From Candidatus Altiarchaeota archaeon (GTDB taxonomy: Archaea; Altiarchaeota; Altiarchaeia; IMC4; SCGC-AAA252-I15), in the NCBI GenBank assembly GCA_043800255.1, contig JAZDNF010000009.1:256001-320000 (forward strand): DNA of 64,000 nt, read 5' to 3'. Positions 47,891 through 55,071 of this stretch are shown piece by piece. Under the pieces are notes generated by a model. It was not told the origin of the DNA. It was given only the letters and a program-made list of their open reading frames with translations, and did not search any database. Each line of letters begins with the position of its first letter. Position 1 is the first letter of the stretch. Made by a program: the position numbers and the translations under genes.

Positions 47891-50595
47891 GCTCCACCAC
47901 CGTCAACTTGATTCCAACTCGAAGCATTGCAGAAGCATATCTCGTTCATTGATGTATCATGGTATATGCCACCTTGGGTAGTCCCATCGCATGTGGTCGG
48001 CGTGTCCGTAGATGTTAGCAGGACAGTAACAAATCTTACAACATTTGTAGTCTGCACATTCTGATCCATATCATACAGCTCATTAGCACCTTGACCAGTA
48101 TCAACAGTTGCCGCGCTCAGCGCAGAGGAGGACGCGATTGTAATGTCATTATCGACTTCGGCGTCTGCAATACAAGACGTCCCGCACTGCACATTCTCAA
48201 CACTGGCGACACCGCTAGACCATGCGACATCACCATGATCAGCATCAGCCATCTCAGCAGCAGCCACCACATCAGCATCCAAAGTACACGAACCAGCAGA
48301 ACAACTGAAATCAACAAAATCAGCAGTAGCCAACTCAGCAGCAGCAACACAACCAGTACATTGCAAATTCTGAACAGTCGCAGTACCAGTAGTCCAAGCG
48401 ACATCACCATGATCAGCATCAGCCATATGAGCCGCGGCAACAGAAGCACAACTCAACGTATCAGCAAGACCAGTAACAAACTGATTAGTACAAGCCGTCG
48501 GATAACTATTAATGTCTGTCCAAGTTGAAGTTCTCACATAATTCGATGCGGTTATTGTGTCAGACACATTAGCATCCCCCAGAACATCAGCATATGTGAG
48601 AACAACCTGCCCGTTCTTATAAATGCTAGTACTGTTCACGTCCCCAGAAGCAACTAGATTTGTCTTACTTATTGTTGCAGGCAACGCAGCATTATTCACG
48701 CTCCCGCTTGAACCAACTGTGATAGTGTCATCAACTTCTGCGTCCGAAATGCAAGAGCCACTGCATTGCACATTCTCGACTGATGCAACACCAGTAGTCC
48801 AAGCAACATCACCGTGGTCGGCATCAGCCATCTCAGCAGCAGCCACCACATCAGCATCCAAAGTACACGCCCCGTTCAAACAAGTGAAATCAGTATAATC
48901 CGTATCAGCCAACTCCGTGTTCGTAACACACTCAGAACACTGCAAATTCTGAACAGTCGCAACACCGGTAGTCCAAGCAACATCACCATGATCAGCATCA
49001 GCCATATGAGCCGCAGCAACAGAAGCACAACTCAACGTATCAGCAAGACCAGTAACAAACTGATTAGTACAAGCAGTCGGATAACTATCAATATCAGTCC
49101 ACGCGTCCCTGCTCACATACAGGGAATCCAAAGCGGTACCGCCCTGATAGAAGGCGGACGCATTGACGTTGTTGGACGAGACAACACCCGCAAAGGTGAC
49201 GGTATTCGTAGTCTGAACGTTCTGGTCCATGTCATACAGCTCATTGGCGCCTTGGCCGGTGTTGACTGTGGCGAATGTGACCGCGGAGCCTGTAGAGACT
49301 GCCTGGTCGATGCCGTCCAAGTTAGCCCACTCAGCAGTCGTGAGGGAGTTGGCGCCGATAACGAATTCCGTTGCAGTGACCTTAACAGTCGCCGTAATGT
49401 TATGGAATGTGACCTGGTTTGTGGTGGCGAGATTCTGATCGGTGAAGCTTACATTCGACAGGGGAATGCCACCGGAAGTTGTCCAATCGTTTGTAGAATC
49501 GGTGTCCAGATTCCCGGTGCTGGTTATGTTAGCCAGATTGTGCTGATGAGAATCATCATCCACTGTCGGGCTTGCGCCTGACCCCCCTAAATCGCCGCCC
49601 CATGATGTTCCGTCAGATATTACGCTCAACCACGACAGCCCGTCATATATCCTCAGAACGTTTAGCGTAGTGTCATAGTATATGAATCCCTCGCTCGGTG
49701 AGCTGGGCGCAGAACTTCGAGGTTCGATCATCATATAATCGCTCACATGTAACGGCGCCAACGGGGCTAGAGTGTCTATCCCCACCTTGCCGCCCATGAT
49801 TGCCATGGTGCTCGACTGGGTCAGGTTAGACCCCGTTTGATCGTTCAATGCTATTCCAACAGAATATGAGCCGCTAGCCTCTATGCCCTTGCCTGTGGCA
49901 ATGGAATACCAGCCAGACGAGGCCGTACTGTGACCTAAAGCGGTGGACCACTTGCCGGATGCAGTCGTATTATACCCGGTTGCCATCGCATATAATGCTG
50001 ATGAGGTCGTCCAACCTCCAAACGCTGTGGAATAGTCGGCTGATGCGTTTGTATTCCGCCCCATTGCAGTCGAATACCAGCCTGTTGAGGATGTTCCTTC
50101 ACCCAATGCCGTGGAGGAGACGCCTGATGAAACCGTGTTAACCCCGCAGACGCCATCTGAACCGACGATTTCAGAACAATTCAGCTGTGATTCGTTGACG
50201 ACGTTGCCGCCTAGGCTGTCATTCCTAACGTCCTCCCCTGAGACATCACCCAAAGAGCTATACCATATCAGCCTCTCCTCACCGTTGAAGTCCAGGTCAA
50301 CGCCGTTGATTTGATAATCCTTATAGTAGACTCTCCCATACTCGAGCGATAGGTTCAACAGGATATTCCAGCTTCCGTTAGATATTGCGTTGGCGAATGT
50401 CACATTGTAGAGGTTCGTTCCTCCTGAGAGATTGTCCCATAATTGGACCGTCAGGTTGCCGGACTGCAATAATACGCCTGATTCTCTGACGTCCGTGCCC
50501 TGATCAGAAACCGAAACATTAAGGCTGCCGCTAACCTGCGCCCCACTGAATACTGCGAAAAGTATTAGTGAGAATAGGACCCTTCTCACTTGCAT
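47881..50595 (-). CDS. Large exported fibre/adhesin-like protein with YadA-head-like and Cys/Asp-rich repeats
   Basis: Signal peptide; 14-aa STAxG repeats; GKVGI; EGFIYYDT; four MADADHGDVAW units. Confidence 0.8.
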   Translation of the reverse strand: MQVRRVLFSLILFAVFSGAQVSGSLNVSVSDQGTDVRESGVLLQSGNLTVQLWDNLSGGTNLYNVTFANAISNGSWNILLNLSLEYGRVYYKDYQINGVDLDFNGEERLIWYSSLGDVSGEDVRNDSLGGNVVNESQLNCSEIVGSDGVCGVNTVSSGVSSTALGEGTSSTGWYSTAMGRNTNASADYSTAFGGWTTSSALYAMATGYNTTASGKWSTALGHSTASSGWYSIATGKGIEASGSYSVGIALNDQTGSNLTQSSTMAIMGGKVGIDTLAPLAPLHVSDYMMIEPRSSAPSSPSEGFIYYDTTLNVLRIYDGLSWLSVISDGTSWGGDLGGSGASPTVDDDSHQHNLANITSTGNLDTDSTNDWTTSGGIPLSNVSFTDQNLATTNQVTFHNITATVKVTATEFVIGANSLTTAEWANLDGIDQAVSTGSAVTFATVNTGQGANELYDMDQNVQTTNTVTFAGVVSSNNVNASAFYQGGTALDSLYVSRDAWTDIDSYPTACTNQFVTGLADTLSCASVAAAHMADADHGDVAWTTGVATVQNLQCSECVTNTELADTDYTDFTCLNGACTLDADVVAAAEMADADHGDVAWTTGVASVENVQCSGSCISDAEVDDTITVGSSGSVNNAALPATISKTNLVASGDVNSTSIYKNGQVVLTYADVLGDANVSDTITASNYVRTSTWTDINSYPTACTNQFVTGLADTLSCASVAAAHMADADHGDVAWTTGTATVQNLQCTGCVAAAELATADFVDFSCSAGSCTLDADVVAAAEMADADHGDVAWSSGVASVENVQCGTSCIADAEVDNDITIASSSALSAATVDTGQGANELYDMDQNVQTTNVVRFVTVLLTSTDTPTTCDGTTQGGIYHDTSMNEICFCNASSWNQVDGGGACT
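48150..49100. repeat. Internal duplication in the adhesin (about 370 bp, offset 579 bp)
   Basis: WTDI.SYPTACTNQFVTGLADTLSCASVAAAHMADADHGDVAW...VENVQC occurs twice. Confidence 0.9.
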
Positions 50596-50914
50596 ACACC
50601 TCTGCTCAGTTAAGTATGGTTGTTGGCTTAAAAATACGATTATCTGATGATTTTATGCCATAAAACGGCAGTTAAGGTTTTCAGGAGAATATCAACTTTT
50701 CTCCCGCACACACCCCCCCCCCCACTCTGCCCTCTGCTGTCCTGAAGAGCGGGTGCGCGTCTATTTCGTCGACCTCAAGCAGGCGACAGTATGCAGCATG
50801 GTCTCTCGTTTTCAGCTTTCTCTTGATAATGTTGGAGGCGTTATGGATATCTGGTTCTTCATTTTTCCAGAACTCTCAGGTTATTATTTTGTTACACTAA
50901 TCTGATTTCAATCT

Positions 50915-52036
50915 GTGAACACACTCGAGAAACTCCGCATACTGGGCCCATCATCGGCATATGACAGGTGCGGCTGCGAGTGCACTCCAAGAGAGGCGAA
51001 AAAGCGCAAGCGCATACTGCCGTCAGATGGCATCTATCCTGCGTCAACCGGCGACGGAAGGCGCACGCTCCTGCTGAAGGTGTTGCAGTCCAACGAGTGC
51101 GCCAACGACTGCAATTATTGTGTGAACAGGTGCGGAAGAAGCGTTAAGAGAGCCAGCTTCGAGCCTGCGGAACTTGCCAGCCTCTTTCAGGAGTACCTTA
51201 GGAGAGGATATGTTGAGGGATTGTTCCTCAGCTCAGGCATCAACCATTCTGAAGACAGCATGGAGAGGGTGCTTGAGACTGTGAGCAGGATCCGGAAGGC
51301 TGGCTTCAGAGGATACGTGCACACGAAGATACTGCCAGGAGCAACGAGGGAGCAGGTAAGAGAGGCGGCCGAACTTTCCACGAGACTCTCGATAAACATC
51401 GAAGCCCCCAGCAGGGCCAGGCTGTCAGAGCTGTCCACCCAGAAGGACTACAAGGAGGATATCCTGAGGAGGATGAAGTGGATTCACGATGAATGGAAGA
51501 AGGGCAGAGTCCAGGCAGGCCAGACGACGCAGTTCATCGTCGGGGCTTCGGACGAAACCGACTATGAGATACTGGATACGACAAACTGGCTCATAGGGGA
51601 GATGCGCTTAAGCCGCACCTACTACAGTGCATTCAATCCGGTGCCGGACACGCCATTGGAAGGCTATGAGAAGACGCCAGCTATAAGAGAGCACAGGCTC
51701 TATCAGGCCGAATTCCTGATCAGAGAGTACGGATTCAAGTTCAAGAACATCATCTTTCAAGAGGAGGGGAACATGCCATACGCTATGGACCCTAAGATGG
51801 CCTACGCAGTCCATAACCTGGACCTATTTCCGATAGATGCGGAAGACGCCGCCTTCGAGGAGCTGCTCCTGGTGCCTGGGATAGGGCCCAAGACCGCGCG
51901 TAGGATATTAAACCTGAGAGGGGAAGGCTCTGGCATCTGGAAAATCCTGCCAAAGAAGGCGATACCATTCCTGGAGATGAAAGGGAAAAAGCAGGCGAGG
52001 CTCGGCGATTTTTTAGCGGAAAAACACATTAGTTGA
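50915..52036 (+). CDS. Putative DNA modification/repair radical SAM protein (TIGR03916-like)
   Basis: KLRIL..YD, LLKVL.SNECANDCNYC, EGLFLSSG, AGQTTQFIVG, REHRLYQAEFL, DPK, VPGIG. Confidence 0.88.
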   Translation: MNTLEKLRILGPSSAYDRCGCECTPREAKKRKRILPSDGIYPASTGDGRRTLLLKVLQSNECANDCNYCVNRCGRSVKRASFEPAELASLFQEYLRRGYVEGLFLSSGINHSEDSMERVLETVSRIRKAGFRGYVHTKILPGATREQVREAAELSTRLSINIEAPSRARLSELSTQKDYKEDILRRMKWIHDEWKKGRVQAGQTTQFIVGASDETDYEILDTTNWLIGEMRLSRTYYSAFNPVPDTPLEGYEKTPAIREHRLYQAEFLIREYGFKFKNIIFQEEGNMPYAMDPKMAYAVHNLDLFPIDAEDAAFEELLLVPGIGPKTARRILNLRGEGSGIWKILPKKAIPFLEMKGKKQARLGDFLAEKHIS

Positions 52037-52040
52037 GCGG

Positions 52041-52520
52041 GTGATGAATATGAAGACTCTTGTAGCATACTATTCTAGGACTGGGAACACAAGGAGAGTC
52101 GGGCAAGAGATTGCGAAAAAACTCGAAGCCGACATCGAGGAGATAAAGCCGGTGAGGAACCGCTCAACGATTTCCACATACATAGTGGGCAGCTTCAAGA
52201 GCTTTCTCAAGAAGCCAGAGGAGATAAAAGCGACTGCAAAGGACGCCAGAACCTATGATCTCGTGATTATCGGCTCGCCTATCTGGGGAGGCTATATGAC
52301 AGGCATGATGAGGTCATACATCCAGCAGAACAGTGAGAAATTCAAGAAGGTCGCATTCTACGTGACATGCGGTGGAGCGAGTTCCCAAAAGTCCCTCGAT
52401 GATATGGGAGAGGCTATCGGGGGAAAACCTGAGGCAACCCTTGCTGTGAGAGAGAAGGATTTAGCGAAAGGAGAGCACATCAAGCTGATAAAGGAGTTCA
52501 CAGACAAGCTGAAGGAATGA
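52041..52520 (+). CDS. Flavodoxin
   Basis: YYSRTGNT, GSPIW, TCGG. Confidence 0.9.
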   Translation: MMNMKTLVAYYSRTGNTRRVGQEIAKKLEADIEEIKPVRNRSTISTYIVGSFKSFLKKPEEIKATAKDARTYDLVIIGSPIWGGYMTGMMRSYIQQNSEKFKKVAFYVTCGGASSQKSLDDMGEAIGGKPEATLAVREKDLAKGEHIKLIKEFTDKLKE

Positions 52521-53221
52521 CTCGGATTAAGAAGGTTCTGAGAAAGCTGAAGTCGTTGGGGAACGAGCGGGACAGGAGTGGAATGGGCCGCTTCGGCATC
52601 GACGTCGAGAACGCCTACGGGGTGTCGATTTACAGGATAAGGCCGATAGCCAAAGAGTTGGGGAAGGACCACAAGCTTGCGCTTGAACTGTGGAAGTCCG
52701 GAGTCCACGAGGCTCGGATACTGGCAGGGATAGTAGACGACCCGGGGAAGGTCACTGACGCGCAGATGGAAAAATGGGTGAATGATTTCGACTCCTGGGA
52801 CGTAGTCGACCAGGTCTGCAGCAACCTCTTCGACAAGACAGAGTTCGCGTACAAGAAGGCGGTCGAGTGGAGTTCCAGGAACGAGGAGTTCGTCAAGAGA
52901 GCCGGTTTCACGCTGATGGCCTGCCTGTCAGTCCACGACAAAAACGCAGAAGATAAAAAATTCGAAAGATTTCTCCCGATCATTGTCAGAGAGGCTACAG
53001 ACGAGCGGAATTTCGTGAGAAAAGCCGTGAACTGGGCGCTGCGGCAGATAGGTAAGAGAGACAGGAAATTGAACAGGAAGGCGATTGCCACAGCGAGGAA
53101 GATTCAGAGAATCGACTCCAAGGCCGCCAGATGGATAGCTGCTGACGCCCTCAGGGAGCTGGAAGGCGAGAAAGTGCAAAAGCGCATTAGAGAGAGGCAT
53201 TATTTAAAACTCAAATTGTAA
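52517..53221 (+). CDS. AlkD-like DNA alkylation repair protein
   Basis: YGV, LW...HEAR, DSWDVVD, EFVKRAGF, DERNFVRKAVNWALRQIGK. Confidence 0.9.
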   Translation: MTRIKKVLRKLKSLGNERDRSGMGRFGIDVENAYGVSIYRIRPIAKELGKDHKLALELWKSGVHEARILAGIVDDPGKVTDAQMEKWVNDFDSWDVVDQVCSNLFDKTEFAYKKAVEWSSRNEEFVKRAGFTLMACLSVHDKNAEDKKFERFLPIIVREATDERNFVRKAVNWALRQIGKRDRKLNRKAIATARKIQRIDSKAARWIAADALRELEGEKVQKRIRERHYLKLKL

Positions 53222-53231
53222 GGGATACCGT

Positions 53232-53480
53232 ATGGAGATTAAAAGATTGCTGACTGAGGAGAATGTTGGAGGGTTTGACCTGGCGTTGAGGGCGCTGGTA
53301 GGCAGCCTAGCGGTTATTGCGCTGGCGATGGACCTCGTTCCGCAGAAGTGGGAGTGGTTTGCCGCTTTGGCTGCATTGGGCGGATTGTACACTGCCATGA
53401 CACGCCACTGCTCACCGTATGTGCCCTTCAATTTCAGCACCAGAAAGGATGGTTGCAGGACAGATAATAAAAAGCCCTGA
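53232..53480 (+). CDS. DUF2892/YgaP-like small membrane protein
   Basis: ENVGGFD..LR..VG, TAMTRHC.PY..F.FST. Confidence 0.75.
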   Translation: MEIKRLLTEENVGGFDLALRALVGSLAVIALAMDLVPQKWEWFAALAALGGLYTAMTRHCSPYVPFNFSTRKDGCRTDNKKP

Positions 53481-54048
53481 CACTCTGAGAGGGAATAGAA
53501 TCCCGCCAGGACAGAGGGTCACCGACCAGTGGCCTGTGCTGCACAGCGGGAGCGTCCAGAAGATTGACTCGGATAAGTGGGTCTTCCGCATAGAGGGGCT
53601 CGTGGACAAAGAGAGGGAACTGGATTACAAAGAGTTCATGGCATTGCCGAAAGTTAAAGTCCTTTCGGACATACACTGTGTCACAACCTGGTCGAAACTT
53701 GACAACCTGTGGGAGGGTGTGAGCTCGAGGACATTAAAAGACCTGGTAACGATAGAACCAGAGGCGGGATACGTAATCGCAAAAGCTGCGGGAGACTTCA
53801 CAACAAACCTGTCCATGGATGACTTCTTCCAGGAGGATGTCCTCTTCGCGACAAAATACGATGGAAAAGACCTGACGCCGGAGCACGGCGGCCCGGCGAG
53901 GCTGGTAGTGCCCAGGCTTTACTTCTGGAAGAGCGCCAAATGGGTTACCGGCGTCGAATTCACGGCAGAAGACAAGCCGGGCTTCTGGGAATCCAGAGGA
54001 TACCACAACAGAGGCGACCCATGGAAAGAGGAACGATACAGCGACTAA
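53449..54048 (+). CDS. Sulfite oxidase-family molybdopterin oxidoreductase (cytoplasmic)
   Basis: PPGQ, WPVL, DIHCVTTWS, EHGGPARLVVP..YFWKSAKW, GFWE..GYH. Confidence 0.9.
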   Translation: MVAGQIIKSPDTLRGNRIPPGQRVTDQWPVLHSGSVQKIDSDKWVFRIEGLVDKERELDYKEFMALPKVKVLSDIHCVTTWSKLDNLWEGVSSRTLKDLVTIEPEAGYVIAKAAGDFTTNLSMDDFFQEDVLFATKYDGKDLTPEHGGPARLVVPRLYFWKSAKWVTGVEFTAEDKPGFWESRGYHNRGDPWKEERYSD

Positions 54049-54051
54049 TAA

Positions 54052-54720
54052 ATGAGGGTAACTATTTGTAACCGTATGAAAAGTGCACTCGTCCTCATCA
54101 TCATCCTGTTGATTTCAGGCTGCGTGACACGGCAACAGCCTGTCCAGCTGCAGAGCGTTGAAGTCAGAGAATATCAAGGAGAGAAACTGTCTTCTGTGGA
54201 TGATCTCAGGGAGAACTCCATCAGGGGCCCGCAGTACGTTGACATGCGCAACTACGGTCTGAAGATTAACGGCCTCGTCGAGAATCCGTTGGAGCTGAAG
54301 TACGATGAAGTCTTAGAGGACTACCGGAGCTATAGTAAGGTCGTCAGACTGGACTGCGTTGAAGGATGGAGCGTTAACATACTCTGGGAGGGTGCGCTGG
54401 TAAGAGACCTCCTGGAAGATGCTAAGCCGCTGCCAGAGGCTAACACGGTAATATTCTACGCCTACGACGGCTATTCCACCTCATTCCCATTGGAGTACTT
54501 CCACGACAATGAAATAATAATGGCTTACAGGATGAACAACATCACGATCCCGCCTGAGAGGGGACACCCGTTCATGCTGGTCGCGGAGAGCAAGTGGGGC
54601 TATAAGTGGATAAAGTGGATAACCAGGATAGAGCTCTCAGACAACCCAGACTATGAGGGATATTGGGAGAGCAGAGGCTACTCCGACAGCGGAGACCGAG
54701 ATAAAAGCTTTTTAGACTGA
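54052..54720 (+). CDS. Sulfite oxidase-family molybdopterin oxidoreductase (lipoprotein)
   Basis: LISGC lipobox; LDCVEGWS, WEG, RGHP, WGYKWIKW, GYWESRGY. Confidence 0.88.
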   Translation: MRVTICNRMKSALVLIIILLISGCVTRQQPVQLQSVEVREYQGEKLSSVDDLRENSIRGPQYVDMRNYGLKINGLVENPLELKYDEVLEDYRSYSKVVRLDCVEGWSVNILWEGALVRDLLEDAKPLPEANTVIFYAYDGYSTSFPLEYFHDNEIIMAYRMNNITIPPERGHPFMLVAESKWGYKWIKWITRIELSDNPDYEGYWESRGYSDSGDRDKSFLD

Positions 54721-54726
54721 CGTAAA

Positions 54727-54963
54727 ATGAGCCTGAAAACGTTCAAAAAGACTGTGCACTGGTCGCTTGCAGCCTTAGTAGTAATTTACATCGTAACAGG
54801 TTTCGGGATAACGCAATACAGGACTGTGGAGAGGCTCACCGGGGGACTCTTGACAAAGAGCATATCATTCACACTGCACAATAACATCGAGATACCGTTC
54901 ATCATACTCTTAGTTTTGCACATTTATTTCACGGTATTCGAAAGAGGAAAGGATAGAGTATGA
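54727..54963 (+). CDS. Small His-containing membrane protein (cytochrome b-like half)
   Basis: VHW, TGFG, LH, LHI in two TM helices. Confidence 0.6.
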   Translation: MSLKTFKKTVHWSLAALVVIYIVTGFGITQYRTVERLTGGLLTKSISFTLHNNIEIPFIILLVLHIYFTVFERGKDRV

Positions 54964-54965
54964 GA

Positions 54966-55068
54966 ATGGACTGGAAACTGAAGCTGAGGTGCCTTTGATA
55001 ATGGCAGCGGCTACAGTGTACTATCTGCACTACCGGATTTTCCGCGACCTCACTCACATATTCATAGT
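54966..55068 (+). pseudogene. Frameshifted 5' remnant of a membrane-protein gene
   Basis: MDWKLKL then, after a frameshift, IMAAATVYYLHYRIFRDLTHIFI; ends at the next gene start. Confidence 0.4.
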
Positions 55069-55071
55069 GAA

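Noticed and set aside
48150-49100. Possible DGR template/variable repeat pair
   Set aside because: Both copies lie in-frame in one gene, differences are not confined to adenines, and no reverse transcriptase is in the window
54981-55052. Possible multi-stem RNA after the oxidoreductase operon
   Set aside because: Stems are only 4-6 bp and the region is better explained as a gene remnant
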